Of a stretch of 64,000 bases of DNA, positions 1 to 9,858 are shown one piece after another (position 1 is the stretch's first letter; every line of letters begins with the position of its first letter). The translations under genes and the position numbers were made by a program. The notes beneath the pieces were generated by a model that worked only from the letters and a program-made list of their open reading frames with translations, did no database searches and was not told where the DNA came from. The stretch is from Candidatus Neomicrothrix sp. UBA2974 (GTDB lineage Bacteria > Actinomycetota > Acidimicrobiia > Acidimicrobiales > MedAcidi-G1). The stretch lies in NCBI GenBank assembly GCA_002348705.1, contig DEAU01000014.1, positions 35,699 to 99,698 of the forward strand, in the 5' to 3' direction.

Positions 1-91
1 GGAAGCTCGCCTAATCCAAGTCCAGCCTTGGAGGCCGATCGGCTCGCGATCTGATTCATGGCCCCATGAGAGTACTCATCCTTTACACGGG

Positions 92-1429
92 GTGAAACCG
101 GGCCTACCGTCCTCGTATCGCAGCGCCACTTTGCATAGGTGCACGCCGGTAATCGCGCCAGAATGGAATAACTGCCCGATGTCTCTTGACACACTTCATG
201 TCGTCCCTGAGTCGCAGTGGGCGATCGAGGACGCCTGGATTGGTAGTCGCCGTCCGATCCACGAGGCTCACGCCCTTCCGGCCGATTGCTATATCGACCC
301 TGACTTTTTTTTTGAGGAACAAGAACGTGTCTTTGCCACTTCCTGGGTCTGCGTTGGCCTGCGCGACGAACTCGAGGCAGCCGGCAGCGGCATAGTTCGC
401 AATGTCGGTGGCCGGTCGGTAATTGTCTGGCGCAACACAGAAGGCAACTTGCGGGCCTTCCTAAATGCATGTCGACACCGCGGCACACGCCTATTGGAAG
501 TCGACTGCACGATCAACTCCACTATCCACTGCCCTTACCACCGCTGGGCCTACAACCGCGATGGCGATCTAGTCGCTACCCCGCACTTCACAGAGGCCGG
601 TATCGAAGGCTTTGACCCAATTGATTACGGGCTTACTCCGATTCGCGTCGCTTCTTGGCAATGCCTTCTCTTCGTCTGCCTCTCTTCGGATACCCCGCCG
701 GTGGCCGAATGGTTCGGCGACCTGGATGACCGGCTTGCTGGCTACGAACTTTCCGAATGGCGCAGCCACCACAACCAAACCTTCGAAATTCGGGCCAATT
801 GGAAGCTGCTCAGCGAGAACTTTCAGGAGTACTACCACCTTCCGTGGGTCCACCCGGAGCTATCGAAGGTCTCCCGTGTACAAGACCACTACCGTTACCA
901 AGGCGTCGGGATGTACTGCGGACAGACCACGACACCGGTCTCCACCGACGAACGAGGCGACTGGGACGCCATGCCACCCGCAAACGGCCTGAGCGATTCG
1001 GACCGAACAAGTGGCCGCTTTATTGCCCTCTTTCCCAACGTTCTACTGAGCGTGCTTCCCAACCACGTCCTCGTCATGCGTCTCGACCCCCTAGAGCCTG
1101 ACCTCACTAGAGAGAGCTGCACCTGGCTACTGCCGCCCTCCAGTGATTACGTGGCCGACGATGCCTTCGCAACCACCCGAGACTTCTGGATTGATGTCAA
1201 CAGTCAAGACATCGAAATTGTCGAGCGCGGCCAGCGAGGTTTGAAATCCGGCGGCTACACGCCGGGTCGCCTTTCACCGCGCTTCGAGGAACCGCTTCAT
1301 CGTTTTCACAACATGCTCGCGGACCGGTTCACCGGAGTCCACAGGGTCCCCGACGGTGACGATTCCGATAATCAATCGCTCTACGGCACCGGAGTGAACC
1401 CACTTCCGTGGCGCGGCGTCGACAACTAA
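92..1429 (+). CDS. Rieske [2Fe-2S] non-haem iron oxygenase alpha subunit (GbcA/BmoA-like N-methyl osmolyte monooxygenase candidate)
   Basis: Rieske motif CRH-x17-CPYH (CRHRG...CPYHRW) in the N-terminal third, plus a ~300 aa catalytic domain. Ends 17 nt before soxB. Start uncertain: GTG 92 or ATG 179 (MSLDTLH). No reductase partner in window. Confidence 0.8.
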   Translation: MKPGLPSSYRSATLHRCTPVIAPEWNNCPMSLDTLHVVPESQWAIEDAWIGSRRPIHEAHALPADCYIDPDFFFEEQERVFATSWVCVGLRDELEAAGSGIVRNVGGRSVIVWRNTEGNLRAFLNACRHRGTRLLEVDCTINSTIHCPYHRWAYNRDGDLVATPHFTEAGIEGFDPIDYGLTPIRVASWQCLLFVCLSSDTPPVAEWFGDLDDRLAGYELSEWRSHHNQTFEIRANWKLLSENFQEYYHLPWVHPELSKVSRVQDHYRYQGVGMYCGQTTTPVSTDERGDWDAMPPANGLSDSDRTSGRFIALFPNVLLSVLPNHVLVMRLDPLEPDLTRESCTWLLPPSSDYVADDAFATTRDFWIDVNSQDIEIVERGQRGLKSGGYTPGRLSPRFEEPLHRFHNMLADRFTGVHRVPDGDDSDNQSLYGTGVNPLPWRGVDN

Positions 1430-1446
1430 GAGAGGCAACCAAGCTC

Positions 1447-2736
1447 ATGGGGAAACGACCCCCGAAATACTCCGCCGGGGCGCTAATTAAGCACGGCCTG
1501 ACACGAGGCGACTGGCCACGAATGTGGCGACGACCCGAGATGCGCACGTCGTACGACGTAGTAATTATTGGTGGTGGCCTCCATGGGCTTGCCACCGCGT
1601 ACTACCTGGCTGAAAACCACGGCATCAACAACGTTGCGGTAGTCGATAAGGGCTACATCGGCGGTGGCGGTTCGGGCCGCAATACGGCCATCGTGCGCTC
1701 CAACTACCTCACACCAGAGGGCGTGGCTTTCTACGACCGGGGCCTAGACCTGTACAGCACCATGGCCGCCGACCTGAACCTAAATGTCATGTTCTCCAGA
1801 CGAGGGCACCTGACCCTGGCCCATACCGACTCCGCGCTGCGCACTATGCACTGGCGGGCCGAGGTCAACAAGCTTCAGGGAATCAACTCCTCGGTCATAG
1901 GCCCTGAGGAGGTTCGGAAGGCCGCTCCCAGCCTTGACGTCTCACCGAGCACCCGGTATCCGATCCTCGGCGCGCTACACCACCCGCCGGGCGGCATCGT
2001 CCGCCACGACGCGGTGGTGTGGGGCTACGCCCGCGGTGCAGACGTGCACGACATCCACATTCTCCAGGAGACCGAGGTTCTCGACATAATCGTCAATGGC
2101 GGTTCCGGTCCTGACGGCAAAGGTGCCGGCGGCAAAGTCGCCGGCGTCAAGACCAGTCGCGGCGATGTCAGCGCCCCCATCGTCGTCAACTGCACGGCAG
2201 GGTGGGCATCGCTGATCTCCAACATGGCCGGAGTCCCGCTGCCAATCACCACCCACCCGCTGCAGGCTGCGGTCACCGAGCCCTGCAAGGTCTTCCTGCC
2301 AACGGTCGTCGTATCAGGATCGCTTCATGTCTACGTGAGTCAGACCGACCGCGGAGAACTCGTGTTCGGCGCGTCGGTTGACCCAGTTGGCACCTATCGG
2401 GTCAACGGCACCCTCGAATTCACCGAGGAGCTGGCCGGACACGTCCTCGAGCTCATGCCCGGTATCTCCAAGATGCGCCTATTGCGCCAATGGTCGGGGC
2501 TCTGCGACATGACTCCGGACTACTCCCCAGTGATGGGCAACACTCCCGTCGAGGGCTACCTCGTCGATGTTGGATGGGGAACCTACGGCTTCAAGGCCGG
2601 CCCGGTAGCCGGTGAAACCATGGCTGAGACGATCGCCACCGGCCGCAACGCGGATCTGATCGCAGCCTTCGGCATCGAGCGCTTCACCGAGGGAGACCTC
2701 GTTGGTGAAAAGGGCGCTGCGGCGGTGGGTCACTGA
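1447..2736 (+). CDS. soxB: heterotetrameric sarcosine oxidase, beta subunit
   Basis: ORF track 1408..2736. ATG 1447 follows AGAGAGG. N-terminus KYSAGALIKHGL...SYDVVIIGGGLHGLATAYYLAENHGI is typical SoxB with an FAD fold. TGATG overlap with soxD. Confidence 0.9.
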   Translation: MGKRPPKYSAGALIKHGLTRGDWPRMWRRPEMRTSYDVVIIGGGLHGLATAYYLAENHGINNVAVVDKGYIGGGGSGRNTAIVRSNYLTPEGVAFYDRGLDLYSTMAADLNLNVMFSRRGHLTLAHTDSALRTMHWRAEVNKLQGINSSVIGPEEVRKAAPSLDVSPSTRYPILGALHHPPGGIVRHDAVVWGYARGADVHDIHILQETEVLDIIVNGGSGPDGKGAGGKVAGVKTSRGDVSAPIVVNCTAGWASLISNMAGVPLPITTHPLQAAVTEPCKVFLPTVVVSGSLHVYVSQTDRGELVFGASVDPVGTYRVNGTLEFTEELAGHVLELMPGISKMRLLRQWSGLCDMTPDYSPVMGNTPVEGYLVDVGWGTYGFKAGPVAGETMAETIATGRNADLIAAFGIERFTEGDLVGEKGAAAVGH

Positions 2737-2984
2737 TGATCGTTGTTCCCTGTCCTAACTGTGGTCCTCGGAATTCTGGCGACCTTCGCCCGGCGGGAGA
2801 AGTCGTCTCTCGCCCCGACCCCGCCACCTGCTCGCTGCGCGAGTGGCGGGAGTACCTCTACATGAGGCACAACCCGGCTGACTGGGTCACTGAGACCTGG
2901 TACTGCCGGGGAGGCTGCCGCCGTTACTTCACCATCGAACGCAACACGGCCACCAACGAGATCCGCGGTCAGGAGGCGTCATGA
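2736..2984 (+). CDS. soxD: sarcosine oxidase, delta subunit
   Basis: 82 aa. CPNCGPR...CRGGCRRYF zinc-Cys pattern typical of SoxD. Lies between soxB and soxA, with an ATGA overlap to soxA and AGGAGG upstream of it. Confidence 0.85.
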   Translation: MIVVPCPNCGPRNSGDLRPAGEVVSRPDPATCSLREWREYLYMRHNPADWVTETWYCRGGCRRYFTIERNTATNEIRGQEAS

Positions 2985-5836
2985 ACAACCGACTTCCCGC
3001 TCAGCCTGGCGAGGTCATCGACCGGTCCAAGAGCCTCTCATTCACCTGGAATGGCAAGGCAATGAGCGGCTTCGAGGGCGACACCATCGCCTCGGCGCTC
3101 GCCGCCAACGGCGTCGCTGTATTCGGCCGTTCTATGAAGTACCACCGCATGCGCGGCATCATGACCGCCGACTACTGGGACCCAAACTTATTTCTGCAGG
3201 TAGGCGACGAGCCGAACGTTCGGGCCGGCAGTCGCAAGCTCCAGGCCGGGATGGTGGTCTCCACTCAGAACGTATGGCCCAGCCTCAAATTTGACATAGC
3301 GGCAGCGAATCAGTTGGTCGGCCGCTTCCTTTCCTCGGGCTTCTACTACAAGACCTTCATGCGACCGCAATTCCTCTGGCCGCTCTACCAGAAGGTCCTG
3401 CGTAAGTTCGCCCCGGGCGGCGAGATCCATTGGAAGACCAGCTCGCACGGCGCCTACGACAAGCGATACGCACATCCCGACGTGCTCGTTGCCGGCGGAG
3501 GTCCAGCCGGTATGGGTGCCGCGTTGGCGGCCGCCGACGCGGGTGCACAGGTGATGCTGGTCGAGCACTACACGGAACTCGGTGGCCACCTCCGCTGGGG
3601 CGACGTCGACCAACGCTCTAAGGCTGCCGAGTTGGCCGCATCCTGCGAAGCACACCCGAACGTAGAAGTCCTCGTCGACTCAACGGTCACTGGTCGTTAC
3701 GACCACAACTGGATTGCCATAAACCAGAGGAGCCACCACATCGCCCCCGAGCGCCTCGTGAAGGCCCGTGCCGGAGTGCTGGTTGTGGCCCCAGGGCTTA
3801 TTGAGCGGCCCTACGTATTTGCCGGCAACGACACCCCTGGCGTGCTTCTGGCCGGCGCTGTTCGTCGCCTGGTCAACCTGTTCGGAGTCAAGCCGGGGCA
3901 AAGTGCAGTGGTCATGTCCGCCAACGAGGAGGGCGACGCCGCAGTAACCGATCTTGAGCGAGCCGGCGTTCAGGTCATCGCTGTTCTCGATGCCCGCAAG
4001 GGCGAGGGCATCGTGTCAGTCGAGGGCAGAAGCCGCGTCTCCAAGGTGACCACTACCGACGGCCGAACAATCAGCGCCGACACCGTGGTCACGGCTACTG
4101 GGTGGACCGCCCCGACGTCGCTTCTCAACATGGCCGGTGACCGCCCCGTCTACAACCCGTCTTCCGCTCGGTATTTCTCGTCGGGAGAACTACCGACGAA
4201 CGTTTTGGCCACCGGTGGCATCGAGGGCGATGGTTCAACCGACGAACTGGAGGCCCATGGGCGAGCCACTGGCGCACTCGCCGCCAACCGTGCGCTGCGT
4301 CGCCGTTACGACCGCGTCAACCAGACGGCTCGGGCCAATGCCCCGACATGGGAGAAACCCGCCGAAATGGCCGATAACCGGAAGCCGCTGGCACAAGACC
4401 CCCACCCGGAGTGCTATCGCAGTTCCACACACGGCATGGTCGATTTCTCCGAAGATGTGTCATCCAAGGACCTCGTCCAGGCCTCCAAGGAGGGCTTCGA
4501 CTCCATAGAACTCATGAAGCGGTACACCACCGTGACTATGGGTCCGGCCCAAGGCAAGCTCGAGACGGTGAACGCGGCTGCCGTGCTAGCCGACGCAAAT
4601 CAAGTAGCCATGGCCGATGTCGGCACCACCGTCTGGCGGCCCCCATACGCACCGGTCTCGCTCGGTGCCCTCGCAGGTCGAATCCACGAGCCCGTGCGTC
4701 GTTCTGCCCTGCAAGACTGGCACGAGGCACACGGTGCCGCGCCTCTCCTCGCCGGGCAGTGGGTCCGCCCGGACCACTACGGCGATGCCATGGCCGAAGC
4801 CACCAATGTGCGCTCGAATGTCGGACTCATAGACGTGACGCCGCTCGGCAAGCTGGACCTCCGCGGTGCCGACGTGCCGAAGCTCCTAGAGCTGGTTTAC
4901 GTGAACAAGTGGCAGAAACTCGAAGTGGGTCGTGTTCGCTACGGCACCATGGTGGCCGAAGACGGTGTCGTCTCCGATGACGGCGTAACTGGTCGCCTCG
5001 GCGAAGACCACTGGCTTATGACAACAACCTCGTCGGGCGCTGGTGCCGTCTGGGAGATGCTCGAGGACTGGCTTCAGACCTACAAGCCGGAGTGGGACGT
5101 GCATGTCACAGCCGTAACTGGCGGCCTCACCAGCATCAACGTGGCTGGTCCGAACAGCCGGACGCTGCTCGAACGGCTTGTCGAAGGTGTGGATCTCAGC
5201 GCGGAAGCATTTCCATACTTCAGCGTGCGGACCGGCACCGTCGCCGGGGTGCAGAACTGCATTATCTGGCGGATCGGATTCACAGGTGAACTGTCTTACG
5301 AGATCCACGCACCTTCGGGCTACGCCCTGCACGTGTGGGAGACCCTGCTGCAAACCGGAGATGACCTGGGCTGTGCACCATTTGGCGTCGAGGCCCAGCG
5401 GATTCTTCGACTCGAGAAGGGCCACTACATCGTGGGCCAAGACACCGACGGTCTGTCAAAGGCCCCGACTGCCGGACTAGGCGTCCTTGTGAAACTGGAC
5501 AAGCCCGACACGCTCGGCCTTCCGGAACTCAAGGACGCATATGACCGAGACGACCTGCCGATCCTGGTAGGTATCCAGACAGTGGACGGCGCGATCGTCC
5601 CAGAGGAGGCCGCCCAGATCGTTGACGGGTACTCAAATCGGATCATGGGCCGGATCACCTCCAGCCGCATGTCGCCCACTCTCGGCCGGTCAATCTGCCT
5701 TGGGCAGGTGGACCCGTCGTTGTCGGCCTCCGGGAGCGCGATCACGATCCTCTTGGCCGATGGCAAACGAATTGCGGCCACGGTGCAGGAGCACCACGCA
5801 CACGTCGATCACGAAGGAGCACGCCAGCGTGTCTGA
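2981..5836 (+). CDS. soxA: sarcosine oxidase, alpha subunit
   Basis: 951 aa. N-terminal 2Fe-2S-like/SoxA region, VLVAGGGPAGMGAALAAA dinucleotide fold, C-terminal aminomethyltransferase (GcvT-like) folate-binding domain. Canonical operon position. Confidence 0.9.
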   Translation: MNNRLPAQPGEVIDRSKSLSFTWNGKAMSGFEGDTIASALAANGVAVFGRSMKYHRMRGIMTADYWDPNLFLQVGDEPNVRAGSRKLQAGMVVSTQNVWPSLKFDIAAANQLVGRFLSSGFYYKTFMRPQFLWPLYQKVLRKFAPGGEIHWKTSSHGAYDKRYAHPDVLVAGGGPAGMGAALAAADAGAQVMLVEHYTELGGHLRWGDVDQRSKAAELAASCEAHPNVEVLVDSTVTGRYDHNWIAINQRSHHIAPERLVKARAGVLVVAPGLIERPYVFAGNDTPGVLLAGAVRRLVNLFGVKPGQSAVVMSANEEGDAAVTDLERAGVQVIAVLDARKGEGIVSVEGRSRVSKVTTTDGRTISADTVVTATGWTAPTSLLNMAGDRPVYNPSSARYFSSGELPTNVLATGGIEGDGSTDELEAHGRATGALAANRALRRRYDRVNQTARANAPTWEKPAEMADNRKPLAQDPHPECYRSSTHGMVDFSEDVSSKDLVQASKEGFDSIELMKRYTTVTMGPAQGKLETVNAAAVLADANQVAMADVGTTVWRPPYAPVSLGALAGRIHEPVRRSALQDWHEAHGAAPLLAGQWVRPDHYGDAMAEATNVRSNVGLIDVTPLGKLDLRGADVPKLLELVYVNKWQKLEVGRVRYGTMVAEDGVVSDDGVTGRLGEDHWLMTTTSSGAGAVWEMLEDWLQTYKPEWDVHVTAVTGGLTSINVAGPNSRTLLERLVEGVDLSAEAFPYFSVRTGTVAGVQNCIIWRIGFTGELSYEIHAPSGYALHVWETLLQTGDDLGCAPFGVEAQRILRLEKGHYIVGQDTDGLSKAPTAGLGVLVKLDKPDTLGLPELKDAYDRDDLPILVGIQTVDGAIVPEEAAQIVDGYSNRIMGRITSSRMSPTLGRSICLGQVDPSLSASGSAITILLADGKRIAATVQEHHAHVDHEGARQRV

Positions 5837-5843
5837 GATCACA

Positions 5844-6410
5844 ATGAAGAGCCCAGTGGACCTCGACCCACTCAGCGCTTCCGACGGGAATGTAACGCTG
5901 GAAGACGCATACGCGACAAGCAAGATCCAGGTCCGAGCCGGAGCCGGAACGATCGCCGCGGCCCTCCTGAGCGTGTCCTACGGATCCAGCACCCGGAACG
6001 ATGCCGGTGATCTGGTGTGCGGCTCTCGCCCCGACGAGTGGACTATTTACGGAGATCCCGGGCGGGCGGACACCATCGCAGCGTCGGTACCCACCGAAGG
6101 ATTCGTGACTGTCATAGATATCACCCACGGCCGAGCGATGTTGCGTATCTCCGGCTCGAACGCCGCATCCGCACTGCAAAAGATCTGCAACCTTGATCTT
6201 TCAGACGAGCTAACGCCGAACGGAGCCGTCTTCTCAGGGAGCCTTGGTGGTGTCAGTTGCGACTGGGTCCGCGATGACCAGAGCGGTGAGACGTCCTTCC
6301 TGATCAGCTGCGAGAGGTCTTTTGGGAAGTTTCTGTTCATTGCCGTTGCTGACGCCTGCATCGAGTTCGGCCTGCATGTACCTGCCGGCTGGGAACTCCA
6401 CGGGCACTAG
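5844..6410 (+). CDS. soxG: sarcosine oxidase, gamma subunit
   Basis: ORF track 5622..6410, but the first ~70 codons overlap soxA. Likely start is ATG 5844 (MKSPVDL), or GTG 5829 overlapping the soxA stop. Size and position fit SoxG. Confidence 0.75.
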   Translation: MKSPVDLDPLSASDGNVTLEDAYATSKIQVRAGAGTIAAALLSVSYGSSTRNDAGDLVCGSRPDEWTIYGDPGRADTIAASVPTEGFVTVIDITHGRAMLRISGSNAASALQKICNLDLSDELTPNGAVFSGSLGGVSCDWVRDDQSGETSFLISCERSFGKFLFIAVADACIEFGLHVPAGWELHGH

Positions 6411-6497
6411 ACACCGCCTTGGTAGACGCCCGTCCTCGACGGCGACCAGAGACTGACAGACGAGACCCCTAGACGCGGCATCTGTGGTGGCTTAGAA

Positions 6498-7901
6498 ATG
6501 GATCTGGCCGCGTTGACCGCTGTCGAGCAGAAGGCTCTCTTGGAGGCCCGGAAGGTTTCCTGTCGCGAGTTGCTTGCCGACTGTCGGCGACGAACAGAGC
6601 TGACAGAACCGGTTGTCAACGCCATCCCCACTGTCCACTGGAACACAGCCGAAGACTTGGCTCGACGTCTCGACGACGACCCAGAACTGCTCGAAGGCAA
6701 GCCACTCCGCGGACTGGTTACGGCTTTCAAGGATCTCCTTGAGACCGAAGGTGTACTCACCACAGCCGGTTCACCCGTCCACGCTGATCGGATCCCCACC
6801 ACCGACCACCCCCTTGTTGCACATTTGCGCCGTTGCGGTGTGGTCCCAATTGGCAAGACGAATACCCCAGAGTTCGGGAAGGGTTCCCATACGTTCAATC
6901 CCGTCTTGGGCCTAACTCGCAATCCCTGGAATCCAGCCCGGAGCGCGGGAGGATCAAGCGGCGGAGCCGCCGCCGCCCTAGCCTGCGGCTCCCTTTCGGT
7001 CGCCGACGGCTCTGACCTTGGGGGCTCACTCCGTAATCCTGCATCTTTCAACGGCGTCGTCGGATTCAGGCCGACGACGGGCTCGATCCCACACGAAGAA
7101 TTTGTCGATCCGCGGACCGACCATTCGACGACGGGGCCTATGGGTAGAACGGTCGCTGACGTGGCACTGATGCTCGGAGCCATGACCGGGCTTGAGGTTC
7201 CATCTGAATCCCGTCGACAACCACCTCGCATCGCCTTCTCTGCTGATCTAGGCGACCTACCGCTCGATCCGGAAGTCGAAGCGGCCACGACAAAGGCTGC
7301 ATGTCTGCTGTCCGAAGCTGGCTGGGAGGTCACCGAGGCTTGCCCCGATCTCGGCGGTGCCGACAGTTGTTTCGAAGACCTTCGTGGTCTCTTGCAGACG
7401 TTCCGTCTTGCACCCCTTCTCAACGACATGCGCGTTAAGTCCACTGTCAGATATGAGATCGAACTCGGCCTCTCCCTCACCGCGGAACGGATCGATCGGG
7501 CTCTGGCCACTCAAAAGCGAATACGCGCCAACTGGGAACAATTCTTCACAGAGGGTGGTTTCAGCGCCTTCCTGTCCGCCACCAGTCAAGTGCAACCATT
7601 TCCTGTTGGCCTGGAATGGGTTGACGAGATCAATGGAACTCTTCTAGATCACTACACGCACTGGATGAGGTCCTGTTCGCGAATCACGGTCACTGGTGCA
7701 CCCGCTGCCTCACTACCCGCTGGTTTCACAAAAGTTGGTCTACCCGTCGGCGTCCAGTTCTCCGCACCGAGTGGCGACGACGTCAATCTCATATCCGTCC
7801 TAGCAACGGCGGAGGAAGTCTTCGGCCCAATGCCTTCTCCCGACATCGGTTCCTTATCCACACTCAAGACGGAAACCCTTCCTCCGGGCCCGCTGGGTTG
7901 A
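6498..7901 (+). CDS. amidase (amidase-signature family)
   Basis: 467 aa. Gly/Ser-rich AS signature GGSSGGAAAALA and GSDLGGSLRNPAS, with an upstream FKDLL Lys. Confidence 0.85.
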   Translation: MDLAALTAVEQKALLEARKVSCRELLADCRRRTELTEPVVNAIPTVHWNTAEDLARRLDDDPELLEGKPLRGLVTAFKDLLETEGVLTTAGSPVHADRIPTTDHPLVAHLRRCGVVPIGKTNTPEFGKGSHTFNPVLGLTRNPWNPARSAGGSSGGAAAALACGSLSVADGSDLGGSLRNPASFNGVVGFRPTTGSIPHEEFVDPRTDHSTTGPMGRTVADVALMLGAMTGLEVPSESRRQPPRIAFSADLGDLPLDPEVEAATTKAACLLSEAGWEVTEACPDLGGADSCFEDLRGLLQTFRLAPLLNDMRVKSTVRYEIELGLSLTAERIDRALATQKRIRANWEQFFTEGGFSAFLSATSQVQPFPVGLEWVDEINGTLLDHYTHWMRSCSRITVTGAPAASLPAGFTKVGLPVGVQFSAPSGDDVNLISVLATAEEVFGPMPSPDIGSLSTLKTETLPPGPLG

Positions 7902-8019
7902 TTCTCCGAGCGGGCTGTGTCGCCTGACCAGAGCTGTGACTGCCGATTTGGCTCTCTTGGGCGTAGATTGCGCGCACCTGAGTAGGCGGAACCGACTCAT
8001 TAGCCCCGGAGGTCCGATT

Positions 8020-8502
8020 ATGCAATCTGCAGAACCTCTACGAGTGTGGAGCAAAGTTGTCCCGGCCGAGTGGATCGACTACAACGGCCACCTCACCGAG
8101 GGTTTCTACGGAGTGGCTTTCGGGGACGCCACCGACGCAGTTCTGATTGAGCTGGGATTTGGGTCCGACTACCTGACCAACCATGGCAGCTTCTACACCG
8201 TCGAAACCCGCATTCGGTACCTTCGCGAAGTCAAGCAGGGAAGCCCTATCCACACGTCCTCATTGGTTCTGGGTGCGGACAACAAACGCCTGCACGTCTA
8301 CCACGAACTCTTTGCTGGAGAACAGCAGAGCCCAGTGGCCACTCAGGAGTGCATGATGCTGCATGTCTCCCAACGGCCAGACGGACCTGAGGTCTCACCG
8401 ATGGTCGAGCCGGTAGCAACGGCTGCGTTGGCGGCCGCTAGTGCCCACGCCAACATCACGGCCCCCGACCATGTCGGGAAGGGTGTGAGGACTCTTCGGT
8501 GA
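8020..8502 (+). CDS. hotdog-fold (4HBT-type) acyl-CoA thioesterase
   Basis: ORF track 7936..8502. ATG 8020 is preceded by GGAGG. VPAEWIDYNGHLTEGFYGVAF...FYTVETRIRYLREV is a typical 4HBT thioesterase pattern. Confidence 0.7.
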   Translation: MQSAEPLRVWSKVVPAEWIDYNGHLTEGFYGVAFGDATDAVLIELGFGSDYLTNHGSFYTVETRIRYLREVKQGSPIHTSSLVLGADNKRLHVYHELFAGEQQSPVATQECMMLHVSQRPDGPEVSPMVEPVATAALAAASAHANITAPDHVGKGVRTLR

Positions 8503-9851
8503 GGAGCTCGTCCACCGGCCGGACGTCAACGATCACGTCAATCTTCGGCGTATGGGCGCTATTTCTCGCCTTCTCGTTCCTTCAGGTCGGCAACGGACTG
8601 CAACGCGTGCTGCTAGCTGTCCGCGGCGACCACGAGGGCTTCGGAGCCAGCGCCATGGGCGTAATCATGGCCGCCCACTTCGCCGGCTACCTCCTAGGAG
8701 CAAAGCTGATCCCGGTTATGCTGGGCTCGGTTGGCCACATCAGGGTGTTTGCCGCCTTGGCGTCCTCCTCATCAGCCGCTGTTTTGATCAACGCCGTACT
8801 GGTCACAACCCCCAGTTGGTCTTTCGTCTACCTCGTTAGCGGGCTTTGCAATGCCGGCGTGTTCGTCGTCCTCGAGAGTTGGCTCAACGACCGGGCCACC
8901 AACGAGACCCGGGGCAGCATCCTGGGCGTCTACATGATGATCATGATGGGCGGCACGGCAGGCGGACAAGCTCTCCTCAACCTTGGGTCGCCCGACGCCT
9001 TCGAGCTCTTCGTGCTGTCGTCGGTCCTGATCTCTCTGGCGGTAGTGCCCGTGACTCTGTCAGCGTCAACGTCTCCGCCGATGCCCAGCGACGACAAGAT
9101 GCCGCTGCGCGAGTTATATCGCACCATCCCAACGGCTGTAGTGGGAATCATCCTGTGTTCCTACGTCCAATCAGCAGCCACATCCATGGCAGCCGTTTTC
9201 GGCACGCAGTCAGGAATGAGCTCAGCCCGGATAACGGTATTTACCTCGGCCGCAGTGGTAGGTGCAGTTTTGTTGCAGATACCTCTGGGGTCGCTGTCGG
9301 ATAGGTACCCACGCCGGGCAGTCATTCTTTCCGTGACGACTGTCGCCTGTGGCCTAGCGGTGGCGGGCGCCATCACCCCGGTTACCAGCGTCGTACTCAT
9401 AGGTATCAACATGGCGTTTGGAGCGTTCGTTTTCCCTCTTTACGGACAGTTCGTGGCCTTGGCAAACGACTGGGTTCCGCCACAGAAGCGGATAGGAGCC
9501 GCTTCCGCTCTGGTTCTGGCGTCGAGCTTCGGTGCTATGGCCGCACCCATAAGTATCGGGATCGCTGTCGAGTCGTTCGGCCCGGAAGCCTATTTCTGGT
9601 CGTTAGCCGTTTCGTTGGGGTTGCTAGCCCTTTATCTCTCATATCGCATCCGCGTCCGCCAGGCCGTCCCAGTCCACCGCCAGTCACCTTTCCAGCCAAT
9701 CTTTGCCCGTTCAGGCGAGATCGCGCACTCTGTTGGCAGGTGGGCACGACACCCGTTAGCTGAATGGAACCACCACCTCTACCAACACAACTGCGAGGTC
9801 GATGAGCGACATCCGAGCTTGAAGACCGAGAGCGCCGACGAGGCCAGCTAA
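8499..9851 (+). CDS. MFS transporter
   Basis: 450 aa, about 12 hydrophobic helices, DRYPRR loop motif. GTGA overlap with the thioesterase stop. Confidence 0.85.
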   Translation: MRSSSTGRTSTITSIFGVWALFLAFSFLQVGNGLQRVLLAVRGDHEGFGASAMGVIMAAHFAGYLLGAKLIPVMLGSVGHIRVFAALASSSSAAVLINAVLVTTPSWSFVYLVSGLCNAGVFVVLESWLNDRATNETRGSILGVYMMIMMGGTAGGQALLNLGSPDAFELFVLSSVLISLAVVPVTLSASTSPPMPSDDKMPLRELYRTIPTAVVGIILCSYVQSAATSMAAVFGTQSGMSSARITVFTSAAVVGAVLLQIPLGSLSDRYPRRAVILSVTTVACGLAVAGAITPVTSVVLIGINMAFGAFVFPLYGQFVALANDWVPPQKRIGAASALVLASSFGAMAAPISIGIAVESFGPEAYFWSLAVSLGLLALYLSYRIRVRQAVPVHRQSPFQPIFARSGEIAHSVGRWARHPLAEWNHHLYQHNCEVDERHPSLKTESADEAS

Positions 9852-9858
9852 GTCGCCT

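Noticed and set aside
1-59. Possible divergent minus-strand gene start (MNQIASRSASKAGLGLGEL..) running off the left edge
   Set aside because: Only 19 codons are visible and no motif is present. This is too little sequence to support a call.
5622-5843. N-terminal 74 codons of the ORF-track soxG model
   Set aside because: This stretch overlaps the 3' end of soxA in another frame. ATG 5844 or GTG 5829 gives a normal-size gamma subunit.
6407-7510. 367-aa ORF antisense to the amidase gene
   Set aside because: Ser/Arg/Pro-rich low-complexity translation with no motif. It fully overlaps a gene with a clear amidase signature. This is the typical GC-rich antisense artefact.
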